Virus record (IMG/VR): IMGVR_UViG_3300046383_000032
Location: 161-64,160 of that record
Origin: a virus
Lineage: Duplodnaviria > Caudoviricetes
Direction: 5' to 3' (one strand)
Length of the DNA stretch: 64,000 bases
Each line of letters starts with the position of its first letter. Positions within the stretch are counted from its first letter, which is position 1. A program made the position numbers and the translations under genes. Shown piece after piece: positions 48,231-57,614 of this stretch. Under the pieces are notes generated by a model. The model was given only the letters and a program-made list of their open reading frames with translations. It searched no databases and was not told the origin of the DNA.

Positions 48231-48307
48231 CGTACCTCCGGGTTTCCAGCGTGCGCGCGAATGAGGACCCTTACCGTTGAAGGTAAGGGCCCCCAATCAT
48301 CGCCCGA

Positions 48308-49327
48308 TCACGGTGGAACAGGCTCGGTAACGATAGCCTCTGCCAGTGCGATCCCGTCGAGGACCTTGTAACCGAACACCTGCAGACCACGCAGCAGCGT
48401 ACCGAAAGTGAACTCGGAGCGCAGCGTCTCGACCTTGCTGATCTGCGACGCGAAGGTGAGCGCGTGCGGATGACCGGCGTAGACCGCCCACTCGCCAGCC
48501 GCCAGCGCGGGCGGTCCGGTGACCGCGCCCTTGGGTGTCAGGTTCGACACGTAGAGCGTGAAGCGGTCGATCATGCCGAGGCGACCGTTGCGCAGGATCG
48601 AGGTCGCGTCGCCCGACAGGTAAGCCTGCCTGAGTTCGCTCTCCTTGATCAGCGCAGCCATCCACGCGGGCATGACGATCCAGCGGCCCTGCTCGGGGAT
48701 GTTCTGCTCGTCGAGCACCAGCCCGAGCCGGAGCACGATCTGCAGGACGGTGGCCTGCCCGGCGACCGGCGGGCTCGCCTGATTGGCGACCACCGGCACG
48801 GGTGTGCCCGTCACGCCGAGGTTCAGGTTGGCGCTGATCTTACCAGCGGTGATGCCACGGTTGGACGCATTCGCCTGCCCGAGGATGCCGAGCAGCACCA
48901 TCGTGTCGACGGTGATCTTCATCTGTTGGGCGGCGTCGTCGGACCAGATGCCCATCAGGTTGATGTCGCTCTGGATTTCCATGACGTCGTCCAAAATCTC
49001 GTTGAAGTAGAGACCTTGGTCGATCTTGAGGTCGACGATGTTGGAGCCGGGGCGCTCGACGGCGAGGCTGCCGCCAGCGAGGTAGGGCTTGATCGAGATC
49101 GTCGGCTTGGTTCGGATGTGAACCGTGTCGCCTTGGTTCCTGATCTCGCCCTCGTAGTCGGTGTTGCTGATCGCCGCCAGCACGGTGCTGGCATAGAACT
49201 TCTCGATCAGCTTGCCCGACCAGATTTCGGGGATGAACGTGCCGCTGTACGCGGGTGTCGGTTGGATGGAGCCGGTCGGGAAGATCGGAGGTGTGGTGCC
49301 CGCACCGGCAAGAGGATAACCAGCCAT
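48308..49327 (-). CDS. major capsid protein (P22 coat-like)
   Basis: FIPEIWSGKL, NTDYEGEI, GDTVHI, LRGLQVFGYKV; follows scaffold and portal. Confidence 0.9.
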   Translation of the reverse strand: MAGYPLAGAGTTPPIFPTGSIQPTPAYSGTFIPEIWSGKLIEKFYASTVLAAISNTDYEGEIRNQGDTVHIRTKPTISIKPYLAGGSLAVERPGSNIVDLKIDQGLYFNEILDDVMEIQSDINLMGIWSDDAAQQMKITVDTMVLLGILGQANASNRGITAGKISANLNLGVTGTPVPVVANQASPPVAGQATVLQIVLRLGLVLDEQNIPEQGRWIVMPAWMAALIKESELRQAYLSGDATSILRNGRLGMIDRFTLYVSNLTPKGAVTGPPALAAGEWAVYAGHPHALTFASQISKVETLRSEFTFGTLLRGLQVFGYKVLDGIALAEAIVTEPVPP

Positions 49328-49362
49328 GCCATGCTCCTAGAGTTGGATGACCAACCGGAGCG

Positions 49363-50517
49363 TCAGCGATTGCCGCGAACGTCCCCCATGTTGATCATCG
49401 TGCGACGATCAGCAATGACCCGCCCCTCGGTCTGCGCAGCAATGATGTCGGCGTCGATGGCAGCTCGCTCGGCCTCGCGCGTTCGCCACTTGCCTGCAGC
49501 ACAGTCGGTATAGAACCGAGTGATATCGGCGGCGGTGTACACAGGTTTGCCGGTGGGCGATTGCGCACCTGACTGGCCTCTGCCGGGCGCGGCGAGGGCG
49601 TCGAGTGACAGGCTGGTCCGTATCGGCACCGTCCCCCCCATCGGCGACGGTATCGGCGATGGATTTATCGGTGGCGCTACATCTCCGCGTGGCACTGACC
49701 CCACCGGGTCTACGGCTGCCTGCTCATTCAGGAAGGCCCGGAAGAACGCCGCCACTCTGATGGCGTCACCGTTGTTCCATGCCTCTTGCATGAGCTGCTG
49801 ACGAATAACACCGCTAAAGACGTCAGGCAACTGCGTCCATTCGACGAACGCAGGATGCCGGTTGAGTTCCTGCCAGCCATTGACCATGCCGGAGATCGTC
49901 GCGTTCATGCGCGTGAGGAAGGCGTTCGACGTCTCCTGCTGCACGCTGCCGAGTTGCTGACGCAGGTTCTGTATCTCGGTCTGGAGAGGTCCGGCGACCT
50001 CTGCAGCGGCACGCCGGATGACGTCCACGAACTCGGGCCCGTACTCCTGCACTTCCTCCTCGGTCAACAGGTTCAGCGTCGTCGACTGCGGTCCCGTCGA
50101 GGTGACGCGCATCGAGGCGTTCTCACTCTGCAGGCGCTGTAGCTGCTCGGACATCTGGCCGACTTCGCCGCGCAGGCCGTCGTAGCGGCCCTTCATCGCC
50201 CGGTAGCGCTTCTCCCATTCCTCCGGCGACACGACTTCATCTCCCGAAGAGCCAGCCGCAGGTGGGGATGGTTGTTGATCCTGCGGCGGCCCCGCCTCCT
50301 GCGAAGGGACAGCAGGCGGCGCGACAGTGCCCTCGGGAGGGGCAGTGCCGTTCGGAGGAATGACAGGCGGCTCGCTCTCGCCCAGCAGCTCCTGCTGGAT
50401 GGTGCTCGAGCGCAGCGCCTGAGCCTTGATCTGTGCCGGGACCTTCAAGTCCGGGTCGACCCCGGCGAGGGTGTGCCGCTTGCGCAGCTCGTCGGCTGTA
50501 ACGGGGAGTGCCATCAT
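49363..50517 (-). CDS. scaffolding protein
   Basis: Pro-rich N-terminus, coiled coil WEKRYRAMKGRY, C-terminal IIAAQTEGRV; directly upstream of the coat. Confidence 0.75.
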   Translation of the reverse strand: MMALPVTADELRKRHTLAGVDPDLKVPAQIKAQALRSSTIQQELLGESEPPVIPPNGTAPPEGTVAPPAVPSQEAGPPQDQQPSPPAAGSSGDEVVSPEEWEKRYRAMKGRYDGLRGEVGQMSEQLQRLQSENASMRVTSTGPQSTTLNLLTEEEVQEYGPEFVDVIRRAAAEVAGPLQTEIQNLRQQLGSVQQETSNAFLTRMNATISGMVNGWQELNRHPAFVEWTQLPDVFSGVIRQQLMQEAWNNGDAIRVAAFFRAFLNEQAAVDPVGSVPRGDVAPPINPSPIPSPMGGTVPIRTSLSLDALAAPGRGQSGAQSPTGKPVYTAADITRFYTDCAAGKWRTREAERAAIDADIIAAQTEGRVIADRRTMINMGDVRGNR

Positions 50518-50765
50518 GCCCTCATCTGGTAATTCTTGCGCTGCTCGAGACAGTTCTCGAGGCGGCCTACGAGCTGGCTGGCCAGCCACGACCGCGCCTG
50601 CGCACCGAAGATCACGTCGGGACCGGCGATGCTGAACTCGGTGCGGTACTTAGTCTCCAGATGACGAAAGCCCTCCACCAGTGCCGCGAACTGTTCGGGT
50701 GCCGCCACCTTGAGGTTCGCCGCCGCCATGGTGATCGAGTACAGGGGATCGCTTATCTCACTCAT
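50514..50765 (-). CDS. hypothetical protein
   Basis: 83 aa ending LFGAQ-type helix, between portal and scaffold. Confidence 0.7.
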   Translation of the reverse strand: MSEISDPLYSITMAAANLKVAAPEQFAALVEGFRHLETKYRTEFSIAGPDVIFGAQARSWLASQLVGRLENCLEQRKNYQMRA

Positions 50766-50991
50766 CGAGCTTGGGGGCCTTCTCGCCCATCTGGATGATC
50801 GAATTATAGCTCGGCGCGGCGTTCGCGCCGGACGGCACGAACTTGGCGTAGTTGCCGATCAGCCCTTGGTCCGGCGTGCCCTTGATGATCTTGTTCATCG
50901 CCGCCCGGTTGGGCAGCAGCGCCTGCACGCCGCCCTTGCCCTTGTTGGCGTGGACGTTCGGGGCGGACTTGGATGGCTTGCCGAATTTCAT
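50758..50991 (-). CDS. small basic protein
   Basis: ATGA overlap; HANKGKGGV. Confidence 0.7.
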   Translation of the reverse strand: MKFGKPSKSAPNVHANKGKGGVQALLPNRAAMNKIIKGTPDQGLIGNYAKFVPSGANAAPSYNSIIQMGEKAPKLDE

Positions 50992-51248
50992 TTTGGCTGG
51001 AGCGCCTTGGAGATCGCGAAGTTGAACGGCTTGAAGCCGTGCTTGTAGGGCGCAGTCGACTGGCTGGTGCCGCCCTCCGAGCGCCGGTCTTCGTCGCCGA
51101 TCTGGTTGCCGCCGTGGAGCTTCAGGTTAGTGCCCGCGCCCATCGAGAACTTACCCTTGCGCGGATTGGTGCCGAGGATGTGCGACGTGCTCGAGGCACG
51201 CCCCGCCATCGTCGGCACCTGCGCCCGGTTGAACTTGGGCAGCTTCAC
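50988..51248 (-). CDS. small basic protein
   Basis: GTG start overlapping the previous stop (VKLPKFNR...). Confidence 0.55.
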   Translation of the reverse strand: MKLPKFNRAQVPTMAGRASSTSHILGTNPRKGKFSMGAGTNLKLHGGNQIGDEDRRSEGGTSQSTAPYKHGFKPFNFAISKALQPK

Positions 51249-51610
51249 GGTGCGGTCGATCCACCCTTCGCAGGGATAGACCCTCTGTTGCCATGCATGT
51301 GGCCCGAGCCGCCCTTGGCGAAGCCGTTCTTGTCGCCGGTCGGGCACGCAGCCGACTGGCCCGGCGTCTGCGTCCCGGCGAACGACTGGTTGGTGCCGTG
51401 CTTCTGGTTCATCTCGCGGCCCTGCTTGCCGTTCTCCGAGTAGAAGCCGACCTGCCCGCCAGCGTGCGGAGCGATGCCGCGCTTGGGACCGGAGCCCTCC
51501 TGCGCCGACTGGCCGGGCTCCTGCTTGCCGGTGCCGGACCAACCGTGCATCCGTCCGCTGCCGCCGCCGAGCTTGCCCCATGAGGTCGTCGTAGGCTTCA
51601 TGTCCTTCAT
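51245..51610 (-). CDS. Gly-rich disordered protein with FAKGG
   Basis: AGGAGG RBS; GGSGxMHG twice. Confidence 0.7.
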   Translation of the reverse strand: MKDMKPTTTSWGKLGGGSGRMHGWSGTGKQEPGQSAQEGSGPKRGIAPHAGGQVGFYSENGKQGREMNQKHGTNQSFAGTQTPGQSAACPTGDKNGFAKGGSGHMHGNRGSIPAKGGSTAP

Positions 51611-51619
51611 CTGATCCTC

Positions 51620-53830
51620 CTATTGAGCGCCAGCCACCCGCTTGCCGACGAGGTTGGTCTGCGGTCCCATCGAGCGCGACGTACCCGGTTGCTGTGGTGC
51701 TTGTCCACCTCCGGCCCCGCCCGCGCCCGACGGCGGCGGGCCTGCGGCCTTCTGGCCAGCGGGCGGTGCAGGCGGCTGCTGCGTCGCGCCGGGCATGCCC
51801 TGCGCGGTCGCCATGGCCTGCGCCTGCTGCTGCTGGGCTTCCATCTCGTCCTCGCTCGGAACGATCTCTTCGCCGCTGAGACCGATGCCGGTAGACACGG
51901 CGCGCAGGATCGCGGCGCGGCCCTTCGGCCCGATGATCTGCATGTCGATGGGGTTGCCGGTGAGCTGCAGGAACTCGAGCTGGCGTTGGCGCATCGTCTC
52001 GCGCTGGACCGAGACGGCGACGCCCTTGGGCACCACTTCCTCCTGACCCGTCAGCAGACCGGACGTGTCGGTCATCAGCAGCAGGTCGAGCAGCGCCCGC
52101 AGCGACGGCGTCATAATATCGGCGTCGATATTGGCGCAAACCGTCTGTAGGATTTTGCTCGCGTTGCCCATAAGCATGGCAAGCCCCGAAGCCGTCCGGC
52201 CCGCACCACCCCCCGGTGAATTGCCTGAAAGGTACTTCGGGATCGCGCTGACATCGTCAGCCAGTCCGTAGAACGCATTAAAGACACCGAACAGCTCCTG
52301 CGCGTTGGACTGCGGCTGGAAGAAGTCGATGGCCTTCTCGGTCGACCCGGCGACGGCAGGGTTGAGCGTGTGCCAGCGCTTCCACGGGTACAGCTCCTCG
52401 CCATTCTCCTGCCCCGCCAGCCGGTCGTCGTTGACGACCACCTGCGGGCCAGACGCAATGGACATGTTGTTCACGATTGAACGCAGCGTCGCGTTGCAGA
52501 CCTCTTGCAGGTCGCTGATGATGTCGGGCAGGCCGTTGCCGATGGGCGAGCCGGGCTGCTTCTCGAACGACGTGATGTAGAACGGGATGCGGCGGCGCGG
52601 GCTCGGGCTGAGCTGGACCTTGATCAGGTACTGCCCGATCAGCCACGCCTGAATGGCGTAGTCGCGCAGCGGGTCCGGTATCTGCTGCTCGTCGAAGCCG
52701 TACTCGCGCAGCATGGTGCCCTGCACGTTACCGTGGAACTCGAGCGTCGTGATGAGCTGCGAGAGATTGTAGACCGGGTTCTCGCGGTTCTCCATGACGG
52801 CGCGCGAAGCGTCGGTGCTGTCCCAGTTCTCGGTGAGCCCGGCGGAGCCGTAGTACTGCAGGACGGCGCGGATGTTCTCGGTGTTGTAGCCGGGCAGGCC
52901 GATCAGGTCGTTGAGGTCGGTGCGCGTGACGCGCAGCCGGTGGATCATCTGGGCATCCTCGACGTAGGCGACGCCCGGCGTCCACCACAGGTCGAAGGGA
53001 CTGATGCGCTCCCACCACAGCCGCGCCCGGCGGATCGGCGTCGCCACGCCGTTCTTCCACTGGATATCTTGCACCATGCGGACGGTCGGGCCCTTGATGC
53101 AGGCGAACGGGAAGCTCGGGACGTCGATCAGAACTTCAGCCAGCGCGTTGTAAAAATTCCCCTGCGTCAGGATTTCGTCGAGCTTGTCCTCGGCAATCAG
53201 CGTCTGTTCGTGGGCGTGTTTCTTGGCCGCCTCGCGCGCTGCCTGCATGAGCTGGAAGACGCGCTTCTGGATCATGTCCGGCTGTGGAGGCTGACCGGGC
53301 ATGGCGGGCTGCGTCACCTGCCCGGTCATCGGATCGACGACGGGTGGCGCACCCATCGCCGCCGACTGCGCCTCGAGCGTAACCAAACGCTCGATTGAAG
53401 TCAGTGCCTCGGCAGGAATGGTCGGATCGGCGGGCTCCTGCAGGCCCCATGCCCGGTCGGCCCCGAGGTATACGTCGCGCAGCAGTGACGTGGCCCCACG
53501 GCACTTCGCAGCGATCAACCTAGCGTACACCTCGGAGCCGCCGAACCTGCGTATCTCGGCGAGCTTCTGCGGATCGTACTGGCCCTGCATGGCGCGCAGG
53601 CTGGCCAGCAGTCGGTCCGACCATCCGTTCACCGTGTTGCGATGGCGGACAAACATGTCCCACTGCTGCCGGATGTAGCCAGCGAGACCGACGAACTGCG
53701 CCGTGTCGGGGATGAGCTGACGCTGCTCTTCGTTGGCGCGCTGCTCGGCAGCCATCAGCTCAGCGTTGCCGACGGTGCGAACGAGGCCCGGTTGCCGCTG
53801 TTGCGGGAAGGGGACGACGGCTTCGGCCAT
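51620..53830 (-). CDS. portal protein
   Basis: 736 aa upstream of scaffold and coat; ERISPFDLWW, GNGLPDII, ASGPQV, RTASGLAMLMGNA. Confidence 0.85.
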   Translation of the reverse strand: MAEAVVPFPQQRQPGLVRTVGNAELMAAEQRANEEQRQLIPDTAQFVGLAGYIRQQWDMFVRHRNTVNGWSDRLLASLRAMQGQYDPQKLAEIRRFGGSEVYARLIAAKCRGATSLLRDVYLGADRAWGLQEPADPTIPAEALTSIERLVTLEAQSAAMGAPPVVDPMTGQVTQPAMPGQPPQPDMIQKRVFQLMQAAREAAKKHAHEQTLIAEDKLDEILTQGNFYNALAEVLIDVPSFPFACIKGPTVRMVQDIQWKNGVATPIRRARLWWERISPFDLWWTPGVAYVEDAQMIHRLRVTRTDLNDLIGLPGYNTENIRAVLQYYGSAGLTENWDSTDASRAVMENRENPVYNLSQLITTLEFHGNVQGTMLREYGFDEQQIPDPLRDYAIQAWLIGQYLIKVQLSPSPRRRIPFYITSFEKQPGSPIGNGLPDIISDLQEVCNATLRSIVNNMSIASGPQVVVNDDRLAGQENGEELYPWKRWHTLNPAVAGSTEKAIDFFQPQSNAQELFGVFNAFYGLADDVSAIPKYLSGNSPGGGAGRTASGLAMLMGNASKILQTVCANIDADIMTPSLRALLDLLLMTDTSGLLTGQEEVVPKGVAVSVQRETMRQRQLEFLQLTGNPIDMQIIGPKGRAAILRAVSTGIGLSGEEIVPSEDEMEAQQQQAQAMATAQGMPGATQQPPAPPAGQKAAGPPPSGAGGAGGGQAPQQPGTSRSMGPQTNLVGKRVAGAQ

Positions 53831-53871
53831 CTACTAGTCCTAGCGATGGAAAGTGCGATAAGCTACTTTAC

Positions 53872-54402
53872 ATGGAAGTTGATGACAATGCCCCACCCGT
53901 GCGCAGGGTTTACGACGTAGAGACCATGATCTCGCGTCTCGCAAGGGACATCGCCCGCAATCTCATCACCGTCACCGAGGTTCGCGAGCGCTACCAGCTC
54001 GACGACTTCGAGTTCGACCGCCTGCTCAAGTCGCCGTTCTTCGCCGTGCGCTTCGAGGAAGAGCTGGCCGAATGGAACGCGGGCACCGCCAAGGCGGGCG
54101 AGCAGCGCGTGCAGGCCAAGTCGCTCACCATGATCGAGGAGAGCTTGCCCGAAATATTCGCCCTCATCCACGACAAGAACCAACCGATGGGTGCCAAAAT
54201 TCAAGCGTTGCAGTGGGCATCAAATGTAGCAGGCCTCGTCAAGAAGGATGCTCCGGCGGGCCTCGACGGGCGCAACGCCTCCGACCGGATCAGGTTCAAC
54301 ATCTTCATCGACAACAAGAAGGTGAGCTTCGACAAGCCCATCGACGAAGTACCTTCGAAGGTAATCGACGGCACGGCCACCCTCGTCGACAAGGAAGTCT
54401 AG
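53872..54402 (+). CDS. terS: terminase small subunit
   Basis: abuts terL; N-terminal HTH-like and helical core. Confidence 0.6.
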   Translation: MEVDDNAPPVRRVYDVETMISRLARDIARNLITVTEVRERYQLDDFEFDRLLKSPFFAVRFEEELAEWNAGTAKAGEQRVQAKSLTMIEESLPEIFALIHDKNQPMGAKIQALQWASNVAGLVKKDAPAGLDGRNASDRIRFNIFIDNKKVSFDKPIDEVPSKVIDGTATLVDKEV

Positions 54403-55845
54403 GTGCCCGACGTAGACTACCACGCACCGAAGACCGTCTCGCAATTGATGCTCGACGACACGTTCGTCAGGCTGATCGCCGGTCCCCTCGGCAGCGGCAA
54501 GACAACAGGTCTCATATTCGAACTGTTGCGCCGATCCCTGATGCAGACACCCGCCGCCGACGGCTACCGCTACACCCGATGGGCGATCCTCCGGCAGACC
54601 CTGCAGCAGCTCAAGCAGACCGTGCTCAAGGACATCAGCCACTGGTTCTCCGGCATCGCCCGCTGGAAGGTCAGCGAGAACACGATCTACTTCCACTTCG
54701 GCGACGTGCGCTCGGAGTGGATACTCCTGCCGCTCGAGGAGCCCGAGGACCGCCGCCGCGTGCTGTCGATGAACCTCACGGGCGCGATGCTCTCGGAGTG
54801 CATCGAGATCGACTACGAGCTGGTCAACGACGTCGCGGGCCGCTGTGGCCGCTTCCCCCTGCCGACCGACGGCGGCTGCACTTGGAACGGCATCGTGATG
54901 GACACCAACATGCCGCCCGAAGGCACGCCGTGGCACGCCGCCATGATCGCCCCGCCGCCCGACTGGAAGGTCTACATCCAGCCCGGCGGGCTCGATCCCG
55001 ACGCCGAGAACCTCGAGTGGCTGCTGCAGACCTCCGAGACGCTCAAGATGTCCGCCGACAACCCGGCCCGCCTCGCGCAGGGCCGGACCTACTACGAGCG
55101 TCTGGCGCGCGGCAACAACGAGAACTGGATCAAGCGCTACGTCCACGCCCAGTTCGGCCCCGACCCGTCGGGCACGGCGGTGTACGCGGGCAGCTTCCGC
55201 CACAGCTTCCACGCCGTCGACAACCTCGAGGTCGTGCCCAACACGCCGCTCTACATCGGGCAGGACTTCGGTCGCGACCCGTGGAGCGTCTTCATGCAGG
55301 TCGACTGGCGCGGTCGCCTGCTGGTGCTCGAGGAAGTGAAGGCCGTCGACATCGGGTTGATCACACACATCCGCAACAACCTGCGCCCGGCGCTGATGAA
55401 CCCGCGATATCAGGGACTTTCAGTTGTCGTGATCGGCGACCCGGCGGGCGTGGCGAAGTCGCAGTACGACGAGCTTAACGCCTTCGACATTTTCAAACGC
55501 GAGGGCATACCGGCAGTGCCTGCGGGGACCAACGACTTCGCCACCCGCATGCGCGACGTCGAGTACTACCTGCTGCAGCAGCGCGACGGCGGCCCGGCGA
55601 TGATCTTCGACAAGACGCGAGCGCCGGTCACCGTTCAGGGCATGGGCGGCATGTACCGCTTCGGCAAGACGCAGCTCGATGTCTCCAAGCCGCTGCCTGA
55701 CAAGAACCCGTGGAGCCATCCCTGCGAGGCTGTGCAGTACGGAGCGATGGGCACGAGAGGCAATACCGCCCGCGCCATCGCCCGTGTCCTGCGGCCCCGT
55801 GCCGGGGCGCGCAGGCCTGCTACGAACGCAGCAGGTTGGACCTAG
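54403..55845 (+). CDS. terL: terminase large subunit
   Basis: GPLGSGKT Walker A, ILRQT, LSECIE, DTNMP; nuclease GQDFGRDP, GDPAG, SHPCEAVQY. Confidence 0.92.
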   Translation: MPDVDYHAPKTVSQLMLDDTFVRLIAGPLGSGKTTGLIFELLRRSLMQTPAADGYRYTRWAILRQTLQQLKQTVLKDISHWFSGIARWKVSENTIYFHFGDVRSEWILLPLEEPEDRRRVLSMNLTGAMLSECIEIDYELVNDVAGRCGRFPLPTDGGCTWNGIVMDTNMPPEGTPWHAAMIAPPPDWKVYIQPGGLDPDAENLEWLLQTSETLKMSADNPARLAQGRTYYERLARGNNENWIKRYVHAQFGPDPSGTAVYAGSFRHSFHAVDNLEVVPNTPLYIGQDFGRDPWSVFMQVDWRGRLLVLEEVKAVDIGLITHIRNNLRPALMNPRYQGLSVVVIGDPAGVAKSQYDELNAFDIFKREGIPAVPAGTNDFATRMRDVEYYLLQQRDGGPAMIFDKTRAPVTVQGMGGMYRFGKTQLDVSKPLPDKNPWSHPCEAVQYGAMGTRGNTARAIARVLRPRAGARRPATNAAGWT

Positions 55846-56198
55846 CGCTTGGGCTGCGCCGTCGGCGGAGCACCGGGCAGCTGTCCGGCGCTCGGTCCCG
55901 GCAGCTTGACGTAGTTCCAGCCGTGGCCGGGAATGTAGGCGATGATGAAGCCCTGCTGCGGCGTCGGCGGCCAGATGCCCGGCGGGACCGGCTGGATGGG
56001 CTGCTCGGGCTGCGCCGGATCGGTCGGCGGCAGGCCCTGATCGGGAACTTCACCGCCACCCGTCGGCGGCAGGCCCTGATCAGGATGGCCGCCGCTGCCC
56101 GGCAGGCCCTGATCGGGCGCGACCGGCAGATGGAACGGACGGAGGGCGTAGACGTCGCCACCGACGTGGCTGACGTGGACGAGCTTGATTTCTGGCAT
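55842..56198 (-). CDS. Pro-rich protein with three PDQGLP repeats
   Basis: repeats visible at protein and DNA level (GGCAGGCCCTGATC). Confidence 0.75.
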   Translation of the reverse strand: MPEIKLVHVSHVGGDVYALRPFHLPVAPDQGLPGSGGHPDQGLPPTGGGEVPDQGLPPTDPAQPEQPIQPVPPGIWPPTPQQGFIIAYIPGHGWNYVKLPGPSAGQLPGAPPTAQPKR

Positions 56199-56261
56199 CG
56201 GTATCTCCGGTAGGGGTTTTTGGAGCGCCGCAACTTCCCACCGATGCGTTACCGCCGCAAG

Positions 56262-56588
56262 TCACGCCAGAAAAAGCACCAACAGGGCGGTCTGGTCGGG
56301 GTCGATCTCGAGCGTGCCTTCGTTGACAATGATCGACTTTAAGCTGTCGCGTCTTATCTGCAGGCGGGCGACGTTGTCGTCGCGAACGCGCCGGATCAGG
56401 AAGATGAACTCGTCGGCGTGCCGGTCGTAGCTCGTGATCACGTCGCGTATCTCGCCGAGCAGCTCCGGGCTGAGCACGCGCTCGAAAATCGCGCGCACGC
56501 CGATGAGGGTCGAGGTCTCGCGATTGTAGGCCGTAACGGGTATGTGGCTCATCCTGTCGTAGATTTCCACGATGTCGCTATCGCCCAT
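56262..56588 (-). CDS. hypothetical protein
   Basis: 108 aa, GC3 bias. Confidence 0.7.
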   Translation of the reverse strand: MGDSDIVEIYDRMSHIPVTAYNRETSTLIGVRAIFERVLSPELLGEIRDVITSYDRHADEFIFLIRRVRDDNVARLQIRRDSLKSIIVNEGTLEIDPDQTALLVLFLA

Positions 56589-56613
56589 GATTTTACCTTC
56601 AAAGGTACGAACT

Positions 56614-56712
56614 TCACCGCCACGGCCCCAGCCTGTGGGCTCCGCAGTTGCGGCAGCGGCTGCGCTCGGGGCTGTTGCCGGTGCCGCACTTGGCGCAGTG
56701 CCACTGGCTCAT
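56614..56712 (-). CDS. 32-aa RanBP2-type zinc-finger microprotein
   Basis: ATGA overlap; WHCAKCGTGNSPERSRCRNC matches W-x-C-x2-C-x3-N-x6-C-x2-C. Confidence 0.65.
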   Translation of the reverse strand: MSQWHCAKCGTGNSPERSRCRNCGAHRLGPWR

Positions 56713-56807
56713 GTGCCGATCCACATGCCGGCGGCGAACAGTGCCGCCCCGGCGACGAAGCCAAGCAGCGCCGGCAGCCAGCCAGAGAACGCCCACAGTC
56801 GGCTCAT
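56709..56807 (-). CDS. 32-aa hydrophobic microprotein
   Basis: GGAGGAG RBS; MSRLWAFSGWLPALLGFVAGAALFAAGMWIGT. Confidence 0.55.
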   Translation of the reverse strand: MSRLWAFSGWLPALLGFVAGAALFAAGMWIGT

Positions 56808-57034
56808 GTCTCCTCCCCAATGCCTGCAGCCTCGGCGGCGGCGATGGCAGTTCGACAATTGACGCAGGCGACCGAGTGCTCACCCTTGGGAAGGCCATAG
56901 TTCCGGCAATCCGCGTAGCAACCGTCGTCGTCGTCAAGGCTCTTCAGCGCGGCCAGCATGGTGCAGCAGACCTTGTTGAGATCGTCGATGCGCTTCCACT
57001 GCTCAATAGCGACCCGAGCGTCATCATCGGTCAT
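56804..57034 (-). CDS. Cys-rich hypothetical protein
   Basis: ATGA overlap; CYADC...H..ACVNC. Confidence 0.6.
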   Translation of the reverse strand: MTDDDARVAIEQWKRIDDLNKVCCTMLAALKSLDDDDGCYADCRNYGLPKGEHSVACVNCRTAIAAAEAAGIGEET

Positions 57035-57408
57035 GGGTTCACCTTCAACGGCACCACGTTGTAGTCGGGGTGCTTGGTCTTGATGTGACGCTGCATGTTG
57101 ACGAAGCTGCGGTTGCAGCACGGACAGAGCCCGGCCTTGGCGCGGGTCTTGTGGCGCTTGAGGTCGGCCTTGGCGGCGTCGCGGGCACGCTGGGCGGCAC
57201 GGGCTTCCTCGTGCAGCCGGGCGTTCTGCTGCTCGAGCTGCTGGCGCTTGCGGCGCTCGACGTCGACCTCGCGCTCTCCCAGATAGTGCCACGTATGTCC
57301 GTTCGGGCAGTAGATCGAGATGCGGCCCTTCTCCTGCTGCGCCTTGTAGTCGAGCGCGTCGGGGATGCCGTACTCGATCCAGCAGCTGGGGCAATTCACG
57401 GTGATCAT
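57031..57408 (-). CDS. zinc-finger/coiled-coil protein
   Basis: CPSC...CPNGH; coiled coil; CPCC...HIKTKH C2H2-like. Confidence 0.75.
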   Translation of the reverse strand: MITVNCPSCWIEYGIPDALDYKAQQEKGRISIYCPNGHTWHYLGEREVDVERRKRQQLEQQNARLHEEARAAQRARDAAKADLKRHKTRAKAGLCPCCNRSFVNMQRHIKTKHPDYNVVPLKVNP

Positions 57409-57599
57409 ATGTCCTCCTGCAACTCGTCCTCGAACACCCGCGCCTTGACCTCGCGGCCTTCGTGGAACCAGCGCACATCGTATTCGATAGAGCCAGTCAT
57501 ACCGATGACATGCAGGTCGACGACGCGCGCCTTGATGAGATCGCACGGCACCACAAGCACGCGCGCGCCGTACTCAAACCTAGGGACCGGCCACTTCAC
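57405..57599 (-). CDS. small SH3/YorP-like beta-barrel protein
   Basis: RFEYGARV...ARVV...YDVRWF...FEDEL. Confidence 0.65.
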   Translation of the reverse strand: MKWPVPRFEYGARVLVVPCDLIKARVVDLHVIGMTGSIEYDVRWFHEGREVKARVFEDELQEDI

Positions 57600-57614
57600 T
57601 GATCATGCTCGACT

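Noticed and set aside
48230-48296. N-terminal extension of the collagen fibre given in the ORF track (similarly 4957, 8280, 12164, 18517)
   Set aside because: A downstream start codon with better RBS or codon context is more plausible; the 48230-48296 and 8280 extensions cover regulatory motif DNA
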